Part shown: piece by piece, positions 48,501 through 60,647 of the stretch
How the letters are laid out: each line of letters opens with the position of its first letter
Position numbering within the stretch: position 1 is the stretch's first letter
Assembly: GCA_021432655.1 (NCBI GenBank)
Contig: MU271180.1
Location: 232,980 to 295,769 of the forward strand
Direction: 5' to 3'
DNA from: Atractiella rhizophila
Lineage: Eukaryota
Length of the DNA stretch: 62,790 nucleotides
Notes under the pieces: model-generated
Told to the model about the DNA's origin: nothing
The model's database searches: none
The model's input: the letters and a program-made list of their open reading frames with translations, nothing else
Translations under genes and position numbers: made by a program

Positions 48501-49638
48501 ACGCGACGTTACAGGAGAAACAAGTGGTGCCTGAATGCTACCTTCAAGTTTTGTTGTCTTCCGATCAGGTGTGATGAAATGATTGTTGTGATCATATTAA
48601 CGAGCAGATTGATGGGATGAAATGACTTGGTCCGAACTTCTCGATCACGATGCTGCCATCATCTGAAGACACCTGGCCATCCAACGTGAGTACTAGTCAG
48701 TGATCACCCTGGCTTTCATTCCTGTCGCCAACTCCTCTAGCACGAGCATCAGTTGTCTCGCTCCTGGCAATGTCGAAATCATTCACACTGAATTGCAACT
48801 TGGTGTTCACTTTCCTTCCTGCTCTCAGACCTTCTTCTTGCACCAAATTCTCAAAGACGATAGGTTTATCTCCATCGAAAACCGCAGCGGACCCTCCGCG
48901 ACCGGTTTCAGCACCTACCACCGCCAGCTCCTATGACATCTCAGCCACACTACACTCGCCATCGACAGAAGAGACGCCGCTTTTGGACAAAGATCTCCAC
49001 CCTCCACCCTCAAGCTCGGACCTCTGTTCCTTGCTTACTTTGACAGACAGAAAGTCATCCGAGAAGGCTCTCTCGCACGTCCAATACTGATAATTGGTGG
49101 CGGGTAGTGGGATTCTCTGGGATCGCCTGTTATGAGATCTGACAAGATTTTATATCTCACGTTTTGTTCTAGTGTTCGTGCTCCATTTGCAGAATTCTTT
49201 TGTTGCATAAGAACTCTCCAGCAATTTCATTACTAAACGCATCTCCAGGCCTTTGTTCTCGTCTATTTTCGTATCTTGCACATCCCTCGAGCTTTGTGCT
49301 ATCTCGACAACCCCATTCCAACCAACGCACCACCAAGGATATCCTCATCTGTTCTGTTCCCGGGGGTCACCAGTGCCTCGGAACAACTACCGAACAGTGC
49401 TGACTTTCGCACGCAAGCAACCGAGCTTCTAACTCTTGTACAAAGCAACTTACCTCGGCTCCTGCTGGCTCACAGTACACTTCAGCCGTGCAGAAGCCCT
49501 TCAGCGCCGTGGGAGTTGCAGGGGACGTTAACCGCTGGTTACCTCGTGTCCATTCGTTAAAAAGGAGAATGAGAACTGGCATCATGATAACTAGCCCGAC
49601 TCCACAATTTTCAGCGTACCACAGATCAGCGATCCGAG

Positions 49639-51752
49639 ATGAGCAGACCTAAACACGTACAACAGCTCCTGGACCTCATCCAAGGGTCTGTTGACCAACT
49701 CATCGCCGCGTATGATGAAGGAGGCGTCCCATTTCCAGATCTTGACGATTCTGAGACTCCTTTCGTGAGCCCCATTCCTCCGTCACCATTCCTTGGTTGA
49801 ATCTGTCATAGGCACCACAAATTGCCATGTCGCCTGCGGCTTTAGGAGCGAAAACTGTTGTAGGTCCAAGTTCATACCACTCCTGGTCACTAATTCATTG
49901 CTCAACCCGGGATCTAGGTACTAGCTGCATGCAATCAGCTCATGCAGCTTTGCGACCCTCCTGCAATGGCTAGTATCCGCGAAGCCTTCTCTGTGCGAGT
50001 CCAGTATCTATCAAATACTGTCTCCTCACCGTTCAACAATAGCTTCACTATCCGGCTTGCATGCGCGTTGCAATCGAAGCCCACCTTCCCGAACTTTTGG
50101 CCACTGCTGGATCTAAGGGTGTGCATATCGAAGAACTCGGAGCTAAAACCGGCATCGAACCTCGTAAACTAGGCCAGTCTATCGAATTTTGTGGTCTGAT
50201 GAAGTTGACTTGATGACTATCGCAGGACGAGTCCTGAGACTTTTGTGCACCAAGCACTTTTTCAAGGAGGTTCGACCGGACGTTTTCGCCAACAATCGAC
50301 TCTCAGTTTCCCTTTCCACTGGAAAAGATTTCGACGTTCTCAAGAATCAGAAGTAGAGACATTCTCACTCTTTACCTCAGCGTATACTCACATTTGTGGC
50401 TAGAGAGACTGACTGGTATGAGGATACAAACGGTGTGGCGGCCCTCCTAGCGGTATGCTTTTCAGATCAATGGCGATTCATAATAGCTGACAGCGTCTCA
50501 TCCTGATTCTAGCACACGTAAGATTCGTATTCTCAACAGACCGGAGGTAGCTAAGACTGGTCGTGTGGTTGCAGAACTGGTGACGTATATCAATACTCTG
50601 CTTACCTCTCCGAAATGCTTCGCACGCCAGAACTGAGCAAGTCGTACGACGTTAAAGACACCGGGCCCAAGCTCGCCAATCGATTCGATGGCGGAATGTG
50701 GGAATGGTTCTCCCAACACGAGAACCTCCAAAAGAGGTGCGTTAGATACCTCCAAAACAATAACGCTTAAGTCTAATATGTCTAGGTTCAATATGGCGAT
50801 GATTGGAACGAAGAAGTTTGGTAGTGACGACGAGATTTTGGAGGTGAGTCTTCTTCCAAGATGGCATGTACAATCTAATAAGCTGAGTAAGGCTTACGAA
50901 TGGGCATCCCTGCCGGTTCGCTCCTCCAACCTCAAATTCGCTAGTCGATACTAACTCCAGTTGATAAAGGCGAAGTCAACCATCGTGGACGTCGGCGGCG
51001 GATTGGGACATCAAGTCCAGATCCTCCGACGTGCACATCCTCAGCTCCATTGTTTGGTTCAAGACCTCCCCCAGGTCGTGAAGGAGGCGGAAGAGTACTG
51101 GAGGACGGAAGATGCCTCTGCCCTCGCTTCGAAGGAGGTTCAGGTGGTGGCAGGCAGCTTTTTCGACGAGATCATACCGAAAGATAAAGAGGTGTACTTC
51201 ATGCGCCAAGTGCTGTGAGTCTGCTTGATCCAGCTTCTGGCATCGATTGAGTGCGAGTTTGTGCTAGTCATGATTGGTCCCGAGAGGATTGTTTGAAGAT
51301 CCTAAGAAACGTCCATCAAGCAATGCCGTCGAAAAAGTCGCGACTCATCATCCTAGATAGAGTGGTGCGATACTGTTCTCCCGCATCCACACTTCCCCTG
51401 TCCGACGCCTACCAACCGCCTCTCGCGCCTCCCCCTCTCCTGTCCAACTTCGGGGCAGGGGTGCAGTTCCCCTATGTGCGTCTTTCCGTTCCTTGAGAGA
51501 ACGTGCCACGCGATCTAAGCCCATGTCCCCATGCAGACCCTTGACTTGCAAATGATGGCTGGCGTGAATGGTGAAGAGCGAACGTTTGGTGAATGGAGGA
51601 GCATGCTTGAGGAAGCGAACTTTAGAATCGAACGGTGCGCCGTGCACTCTCAGTGATGATTCTCAATTGCTGATTTGATCCCTGGTGGTTGCAGGTTGAG
51701 TGGCGACCTTCTTGGGTTTGGGACTGCTTTCATACTTTGCACGCCAATATAA
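49639..51752 (+). CDS. SAM-dependent O-methyltransferase (Methyltransf_2 family), many introns
   Basis: MSRPKHVQQLLDLI..; TIVDVGGGLGH, LVQDLPQVV, AGSFFD, VYFMRQVL/HDWS, LDLQMMAGVNGEERTFGEW. Confidence 0.9.
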
Positions 51753-51993
51753 CGAGACTCGATACAGAACTTATCTCTTCAATGAGAAGTGTAGTTAGAT
51801 GCCAATGATTATTTAGTTCAATGCATTTTTGCTAACGTTAAAGAGACAAACAACACGGTTTTGAGCACTTGAATCTCCAAGTGCGAGTACTATTTAAAAA
51901 AGTTATGCTTACTCTTCCCGATTTTTTGATGCCGTGAATCCGCCCGTCCATTTCATCCACAATAATTTATTAGGCGCCTGTAGGACACACATA

Positions 51994-53619
51994 ATGTGGC
52001 CCTTTACTTCCACTCCTGCGCCAGACTCTCCCCCGGCACAGTCGCCAACGCCCTCCCCAGCTCCAGCCACTGCATCATCCTGTCCTGTGCCCCACCACCT
52101 CCGCTCTTCCTACGACCATCCGCTCTTCCACCCGCCCACCGACACTCCAGCAGCACATCCACCCCAAGCGTCGGGACAGTCAGAGAGGGGAAGTGACAAA
52201 GGAAGAGACTGGAGAGACACGCTCTCCAAAGAACGCGTGGTCTCCTCCATCCCCCGTTCCTCGCTCTCCGTCCCCTCCTCCGAGGCCCGCTTCTCCCACT
52301 CGCACCCTTCCACATCGTCCGCATCAGCCAGCGATTCCAATACTGCGCCAGAAGAAGGAGGAGCGGGAGCGGGAGAAGCAAACTGGGTCTACCCCTCCCC
52401 GCACCAGTTCTACACCTCCCTTGTCTCCAAACACCCGCCATCTTACACCCGCACCGTGCCTCCGGAAACGGCGGAGTCTATCGTGCAGATTCATAATGCG
52501 GTAAACGAGAAGGTGTGGAGGGAGATACTCAAGTGGGAGCGCATGGTTGGGTCCACTGCTGGCGCAAGTGCTGGTGAGGATGTGCAGGGAGGCGGGGGTG
52601 GAGGTGGAGGTGGAGTGGAGGGACAGGTGAAGTTGGTGTCGTTCAGAGGAAGGGCGGGGGATATGACGCCGAGGGCGAGGTGGAGGAGTTGGATCGGGTT
52701 CGTTCTTCTCTTTCTTACCTCTGTCTTTCTTTCTTCACTTCTTTATGCCTTGCCTTTGGATGGTATTTGTTGGGCTGTGTGGGTGTATGAGAGGACGTGC
52801 CTCTCTTTCTTTCCCTTCTTTCCAACCCAGTCCTATGTTGTGGAAGGAAGGGAAGGAAGAGCAAGGGATTGTCTATACAGTGAACTGTGGCCGCCCCGAG
52901 TGCAGCGTCTACGTCCTATGTTTGGGTTATGGACCTTCGAAGCGCATATCTACATGGCATGAGGAAATAGTGGTGATGATACGCATAAGCATTGCGTAGA
53001 GTTTGACATATCCAAAGACATCACACAAACCAAGAGCTACACACTTCCTCAGCCAGCCTTAGTCCATCCTTCTGTCACGTAACGACCCCATCTTACGTAG
53101 ACTCTTTAACTCCCCACGCTTCGATTTCCATTTTCGCGTCCAAGATATAAATGCGGACGCCGCGCGCGAGCAGAGCACGCGTGGAGACCCATGACAAGAG
53201 AAAAAGACCTTTCTCCCTTGCCGTACCGTCAACTCGCCCTGAATTCCCACCTGCCGCATTGTGCGCATGCACTTGTAGCATAATGTGATGGCTGACGGCT
53301 GCACAGGTACGCACCCCCGTTCGATCGCCACGACTGGATCATCGAGCGGCCCCTCCCTCCTCCCTCTCCCACTCCCTCTCCATCTCTTTCACCCCAAGAA
53401 ACGACGCCGACGACGACGACCATGACGACGGACGATCGCAAACCGGCACAGATACGATACGTGATCGACTTCTACAAAGGCCGTGGGAGCGACCTCGCCT
53501 TCTTTTTGGACGTCCGGCCGGCGTTGGATGGCTGGGAGGGGGTGAGGATGAGGTGGGAGAGGTGGCGCGGTGCGGGAGCGAAGAGGGGGGTGGAGAGGGA
53601 GGAGGGTGGTGCGGTGTAG
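51994..53619 (+). CDS. CYT2: Holocytochrome c-type synthase, most like cytochrome c1 heme lyase (exons 51994-52697, 53307-53619)
   Basis: CPV heme motif, NWVYPS..QFY, IHNAVNEKVW.EILKWE, TPRAR, PFDRHDW, RYVIDFY, FFLDVRPALD. CYT2 versus CYC3 is judged from motifs only. Confidence 0.85.
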
Positions 53620-54148
53620 AAGGTTTGGGGAGGTGAGTGTGAGTGTAGATGATGGTGCCTTGGATTTATTTACACGCCCAGGTTGTTGTATTACGCAACT
53701 TGAACGGAGCTTGACCATTCAGCACCTCTCTCTCCTTCTTGTTCATAGCTTCTGAAGCGACTTTCTCGACGTAGTATTATAATCCCCTCCTGCAAGGGTG
53801 ACGCAGCATGAAAGGGTCTGAAGCTGCAAGTCTTGAATCGTTTTTACGGCAGTAATGTCCCATCCCTCATGCCGGTACTTTTGCCAAAACATATAGATGA
53901 AGGGCAAAGGCAAGGATACAGATACATGAATCGGTCCCAAAATGTTGAGATTAGCCCTTGAGATCTTTGAGTTCTGTGCCTAGCGGTCAGCGGTGGGACA
54001 AAGAATCGATCACGGTGGGAGAGTCTCTCCACTTTTTGGCCTACGTTCTCAACCGTTGATCTCCTCGTGATTGTTGACTAAGTAAATGACCTGAAATTGA
54101 ATCACTATGGACGTTTCTCAGTTACAACTACACCGGTTGCATTATTCC

Positions 54149-56568
54149 CTAATCCTTCGTTGTCACCAAAATCTCATCAGTCTGTACTCTGGCATTGTGA
54201 ACCATCTTCTTCAGCGTTTTCTTGTTACGCTTGATGACGAGTCCTAAAACTTTTATTAGAAATTGGAGTAGGCACTTTTGGTCATCCTTCTGGTCGAAAT
54301 CGACCACATCAATAACAGAATCGTTGGCAGACTGGTCCGTTTCAGGCGATAGGATATTTAGTCTTGAAAAGTATTCCGATAGATTATTCCTACGGTCTTT
54401 CGCGAAACCGTTTCGCATTTTCTTTGGGATGTAAAGCGCTCCAAGAAATTGGCGAAATACCAAAATGAGGGGACCAAGAATATCGATTTGTTCCAGGTCC
54501 TCCTCTGCGAATCCTTCGAAAGCTCCCAATATCTCCTGTACCTTCGCAGACCCTGCGTACGCTTGCCGGTACGACAGAACGAGCCTTTGTGCTAACAGTT
54601 GCGTTGCAGGGTCGTAGGTCAAGTGCAAGAATGTCTCGATTGTTAAAATATGGTAGAAGGATTCAACATCATGAATCAACTGATGGCGGGCGGCCTCAGA
54701 TCAAAGAGCAATGCAGCGAGAAAAAGGTATGTTCCGCACTTAACGTTGTTAGCCTTGTTGATCATAGGGGAAAGTTCGTACCGTTCGACTGTGACTGTCT
54801 GTTCTCAGTTTGGGATCTAATGTCACAGCAAAATCGAAGTCTCTTGTGATGCCCTTCACGCCATCCGCATAGTCTTCCAGACCAATGTTGGTGTTGCTGA
54901 TGTCGCGGAGAAGGTATCCCTTATCCAGAAGACCTAGGCAAAAGATCAGAGTGGCAGGTCCCAGAAGCGACAAGAACCAACCCTGAAGGCCACCGTAAAG
55001 TCCTTCGAGGAGTTCATAGGCATCCCGAAATGTGGAAAGAGGACGAACAAAGGGAGGACAAGGAAGTGTAATCTCTGTTTAGGATAAGATCGTTCCATCG
55101 CTGCTGCCTCCTCCGCCCCTTGCAACTCTAATTTTGTAGAAGGCGTCGCATGGGACGAGTTCTTGAGGGTGTAGCGAAGGTCTTTGCGCTTTTGGGGTAA
55201 CCACCATACGTCATCTTCAGAATGTGTCGCGAGCTCTTGAGGTTTTCGTACACTTGCGACTCAGGGACACGAGCCCCACCCGTGTACCCCCAGTTTGCCT
55301 TGACGAAATAAATCGTTTCAGGATTCCCTTTCTCTTACCCAACGAAGTATTTCCCTTTTCTTCCACAAACTGATGGGCGATAAATACCGAGTTTGCCCAC
55401 AACCAACTGCCTCGAAGATTGCTTATAAGGGGCAACAAGGGAGGGATGTGCAGCTCCCACACGTTGGAAGCGTCAGGAACACTAAATCCAGCCCCCTGGA
55501 CCAACTCTTTCTTGCCATTAAAGGCTGCAACGGCTTCCTCCGCGACATAGCCTTCGAGTTTGGTGAATTGATCGTCGACACCTTGGTTGCCTGAAGCATA
55601 CGCCGGGACCAAGCGGCAAAATTTGGCGAACTGGTCGTTCTCCTTGAATTCGAACTGGTCAGTGTAAATGATCTGTCTGGGACTCCAACGAACAGCTCTC
55701 GTCCCGGTAGTGAAAAACAGGATGAGAACGGATGACGTGCGCTGCTGGACATAAGTGAGATCCATAAAATAGGGGAGGATTCGCCGCAGCGCGTCTTCCC
55801 TCTTACTGCTCCACACGGAGGGGACGAAAGGTCCCTCTTTCGGTATTTCGCGTCCCCGAGCAGACGACAGTGCTTCCAGCACATTCGATCTAATTGGCGA
55901 TAACAGTCGTCTTCAGGTTTCAATTCCCCCCTCATCACAGCCGTAAAGTCAGGCTTATTGGAATCTGGATTTCCATCGTAATCGTTAGAATCGCTATATC
56001 TATGCACGTTCCAGAACTCCAATTCTGTCCTTTCTAATAGACAGTTCATGAACTCTGCCTGTAGCACCCAGCCCATTAAACTTTGCCCTCTCACTTGAAA
56101 CGAATGCTCACAATGTTGGAGTACATGTCTTTCTCCGCCTTTAGCTCCCCTTTCCCTCCCATCGTTTTTCGAAACTTTTTCAACCGCGACATGTCCACTT
56201 CGGCTTCGAGGCTGATATTTGCGCAATCTGGGAAAAACTCCTGAAGGAATCCACCGATGGTGGCATGGTAGAAATGGTTGAGCGTCTCCTTCGCGATTCT
56301 TTCTCTCTCCGCTTTTGGAAGCTCAGAAATTACTAGCACTTCGGGATGAACTTCTAGGAGGGGAGCTTCAGCTAAACCTGAGGGCATAGTACGTCTCGAC
56401 GATACTGTTGGTTATTATCAACAACGCCCACCTAATCAGAGATTTCAATTGGAAGTTCCTATCTATCTCTCGCGGCGTTCGCATAGCAAAACTCCTTCTA
56501 GAACTCTCGTCCACCCAAGAAAGAACCTGGAGGACAGAATGAAATCGATAGAGCGGAGCTTCCAACAT
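54149..56568 (-). CDS. Divergent FunK1-type kinase, copy F; frameshifted, possibly a pseudogene
   Basis: KPDF, GYLLRDISNTNI, GITRDFDFAV, IHDVESFYHIL; overlapping broken ORFs near 55880. Confidence 0.7.
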
Positions 56569-57104
56569 CCACTACGCAGCGTAGATGAAGGATCCTACCC
56601 GTCACGTTTGTTCACAAACGTGGAGTAGTTTGTGAATAGAAGAACGGCATAAATAAGGCCTTTCATGTCGGTAACTTGAAATCGGTTCAAATTCCATGAC
56701 AAATTCAATCATTAGCTTCTACTAGTACAGAATTGATGCGCAACTCCTTCTCACTCAAGTGACATGGTTGTACACTTTGTTTTCCTTCCCATCAGCCATG
56801 TCTCATCTTGGAGAAGACGAAGAGCACGACAGGGCGCTGCAGCACATTGAGCGATCAGGTACGTTCCGACAGAACTTCTGGGCATCACAACCGCAGGCGC
56901 AAAGCTAGTATTATGGTTTAGAAGAGCCTAATACCACGCATAATTTGATTCGTTGACCTATATATAAAAGACGTATGTGACATAAGCTGTCCGTCGGAGT
57001 CCTTGAAAATATCGAGTGAGCAATGCTCAGTGAGTACGCTATTGACTGACAACCACCGAACCGAGAAAGTTGCCCAAAAGTGAACTGAAAGATAAAGAGA
57101 GGAT

Positions 57105-58949
57105 CATGCTTTTGGCTTTTTAATTTTCGCTTTGAGGACTCTTAACTGTCTCCTTCGGACGTTCCAATCCACGAGATCGACCAACAAGTCGAGTATGAGC
57201 ACTATGAGACCGAGGGAAGCACTAAAAATTCCAATACTCGCAAGCGCTTAATGAATGTTAACATCAGCAATTCTTCCTCGACAGAGGGTAAGAATGCTTG
57301 CCTAGACCTGCGTTCCCTTCGATCCCTAGGTTCTGAACCGAGGCGGCGACGGCAGCGATTGCGACGAGGGGATTTACCAATTTCTTGAGTTTTCTCAGGA
57401 TGAGAGCGTAGAGGGAAGATTTCAGGTAAGTCCTGAAATACTTATATACATTCTGCTCCCCCTTTAGCTCGCTCCTTCGAATCCGATAATCTATCAGGGG
57501 AGTGCTAGATATGATAGAGAAAAGAAAGGAAAAGGACTAACAGGATGTCCATCTCGCCATCACTTTCTCGATCAGCTTGGGCAAGGTATTCGGGCTTCAT
57601 TATTCGATCAATTACAAACTGCCGATGTTTTATCTTTGGACGGGAAGACACTGTATTCACGATAATAGTGTCTTCGATCGATCCTCTGGCGACCAGTGGA
57701 TCTATTAACTTCCATGAACCAAAGCAAGTAAAAAAGCGCGACGTGTGACTTACTTCCATCAGGGTCCAAAGGATTAGCCCAAGCGGTAAAAGAGCTATAA
57801 ACCTTTAGCTCTGTCTCTTCACGTTGTTCATGAAACAGAGCAAGGTCAGCACCAAGGGTCGCTCCCGACCCATTCCTCATATGTCCCCCACCCGTAGTTC
57901 CACGTCCACGTCCCCTTCCGCGTCGGCCAGAGCCAAATGTCGGTGTACGCTGTACGTAGCTCTCAGGCTCTTCAGTCTGAGCCTCTCCCTCCTTGATAAC
58001 ACTATCACTTGACGGTCGTCCACCTCCGCCATGGATGGAGTTGGCGCGCGAGACCGGACGTCGAATGGCGGAGATGCGGGAGATGTGCCACTCGAAGGAG
58101 ACAAACTGTTTGAAGGCGAGAGCTGTTAAGAGCAGCGGAAGCAGGACAAAATAAAGAAGAACGAAGGAGAGTAAAAATAGGATAGGAAGAGCTTACCGGG
58201 AAGAAGAAATTATCCCACACTTCTTTGGCAGAGTAGAACTTGAGGTCTACCTTGGACGAACCAAAGTCTTGTCGCTTGATGCTCCATATTCGAGCTAAGC
58301 GTACGCATTCAATCTATCAGACATCCTTGCATACGGAGCGAAAGAGGGACCAGGGACCGGAGGGGTGAAACTTACGTCCATCTGCAAAGACCCCAAGGAA
58401 GCGCTCTTTGTCGTGTACGGGATCCGGCGCGGGAGTCACACCGAGGGGAGCTGTATCACAGAAAATTGTAAGCAAATCGTATAGGTAATTGGTACAGTCA
58501 CAGTCAAGCTAAACAGGGAGGAGAAGCAGATTGAAAAGAAGGATGAAGAAAGGGATGGGCAGCGCACTCAGACTGCTCCCCATTAAATCATGCAATGAGA
58601 GTCCATACTCCTGCAAAGCCTGCACAACACCTTTGTCTTGACTAGGGTTCATAGCTGTCGTATGTTGCCTCCGGATTGTAGCGTGCCTCTTCACAGGGCT
58701 TGTTGAGATGCTTGGGAGGCTGGCAGGGGTTCCAGCTGGAGTGGAGGGTGATTGTGGTGTGGGGGGCAGGGGTGATGTCTGGATGGTCTGCAAATCATAG
58801 AAGCCAGTCAGATAGTTGGATGCTGGTGTGAATACGCATAGAGACAGGTAGGCAGAGAGAGGATGGAGAGAGGGAGAAGATGGACCGACCAAGGAACGTG
58901 AAAGCCTGGCGGAGTTTGGATCGCTTAGTGAGCGCTGTCTCTTGGCCAT
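57105..58949 (-). CDS. Hypothetical multi-exon protein (3' end approximate)
   Basis: MAKRQRSLSDPN..; exon-like stretches KERFLGVFAD and DLKFYSAKEVWDNFFFP separated by GT-AG introns; family not recognised. Confidence 0.45.
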
Positions 58950-60261
58950 AGCTCGAGGAGGGGGGATGGTGTCTGTTCGAAATCCAGGGGTCGGAGGGCT
59001 CGTCGTCAGTAGTGGTAGGGTAGGGGCGGAGGGCGGGAAGGTGGTGCAATGGGACTCATTTCGAATCTGGGACAGCAAATAGTCAGACAGAGATATTCGG
59101 GACTCGAAGCCAGTGAGACAGACTCGGAAGGGAGCAAGGGGACATGTGAACGCATATTCGAACAGACTGACGGCTCTGTAAACTGGGACCTGTGCCTCAG
59201 AAGCAGAGATGGTATTTATCTTATTCACGCCACTGATTTATGGAGGTCTCAATAGAGCCTGCGGGAAAGCAATAAAGATAGGGCAGGTGGACAAAGGGAC
59301 AAAGCAATCTGAGGCAGGACACACACCGTCAAGAGTGTATTCCAGATTCCAGTCGGTCTTCTCATGAATTGAAGTTGTCAATGTTCGTATATTAATTCTG
59401 TATGCATGCAAAGATGTCGAAATCGTGAATCGTTCGTTGCTCAATCTTCTCTACAAATGCACTCTGTCTCACTGATGAGCTGAGATAGCAAGAGACTGCA
59501 AAACACAGACAAAGAACACGGAAGTAGTCTGTAACAAGCGATCCAGGTCGAGGTCGAGGGTACCTTAGTATTGGACTCTTTTCGCGATGATCAGCGGCGC
59601 CTACGAGAGTGACTGCAGAACAGGAGACTCACTGTCATAACATGGGAGACGTTGGCAAAACACCGCCAGACGCGATGCGGAAGGCATTGAAACGTCGGCG
59701 AATTCCTGAGCTAGACGCCACGTGGGATCTTCAGATTTTTCGACATATAATCAGCATTCCTCTTCAGCAAAGATGGTTGGTTGGTGGTGGAAAGTAACGA
59801 CGGTGGTCGAAGACCTGTTATTATTTACCAAAGACTCGGAAAACCTGTTGATTGCGTTCGCTTGTGTTATTTGTCCAATTGTTGTACCAGTCGCACTGTC
59901 GATGGAGGTGCGTTCGTGCAGTGCCTACCAATAGCTGTTCTGGTTTATGTTATTACGCTCGATGGAGGGTCCAGTTTTCTCATAACGCTGCTGTCAATCC
60001 TTCGAGTGTATACCTTAATCTTTCTGTAAAAAGGTCAGGACTTTCATTTTCAACCTGTAAGCGAGGCAACAATCTTCCAATATTAATATTATGAGGAGTT
60101 ACCAGGAGCTATGATATTTCTGCATCTACATCGCAAAAGCGGCATTCCCCTTGACAGAACTGAACCCTGTCAAAACACATTAGCCTTCGCCGACTTCAAT
60201 CTGCAATCCAACAACAACAATCAGCGTCTTCATCCACCACAACACACGCATACCATGTATG

Positions 60262-60474
60262 CTATCCAGCCCTCCACCGCGCAGCAGAAGCAGCCGCCCC
60301 TCCTCCCGCGACGACGCGATAGAAGACCCGCTCCCCCCTTCCCCGACCCTTTCGGAAGGACTCGTATAGAGCGAGCGAGGAGACGACCGCAAAGAGTCCG
60401 GCCCCTAGTAGGCGGCAGGTTGGACAGCCTATGCCTTCTTCGTTGGGCGAAGAAGTCGGATATTGTGGTGCCAT
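60262..60474 (-). CDS. Small membrane protein, DUF4536/DMAC1-like
   Basis: 70 aa with CPTCRLLGAG followed by a hydrophobic helix; divergent from the acyl-CoA dehydrogenase. Confidence 0.5.
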   Translation of the reverse strand: MAPQYPTSSPNEEGIGCPTCRLLGAGLFAVVSSLALYESFRKGRGRGERVFYRVVAGGGAAASAARWRAG

Positions 60475-60647
60475 CTTGAGGGAGGGAGTTAGTAGTTAGG
60501 GTTGCGGTCCATGACGTGAGGGTACCAACACCTTTCTTTGGAGAAGCCAGGACCTGAGCAGTATAACTCATAACCGTGACAAGGAACGCGCTTATATTCT
60601 AAGCGCACTCGCGAGACAATTTCGCCCTGACCAATACCTGTACATCG

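Noticed and set aside
49639..51752. O-methyltransferase as part of a biosynthetic cluster with the peptide
   Set aside because: About 25 kb from the nearest peptide gene, with no other tailoring or backbone enzymes nearby.
52970..53060. C/D-box snoRNA in the heme lyase intron (GTGATGA at ~52974)
   Set aside because: No matching D box (CTGA) or terminal stem at a suitable distance.
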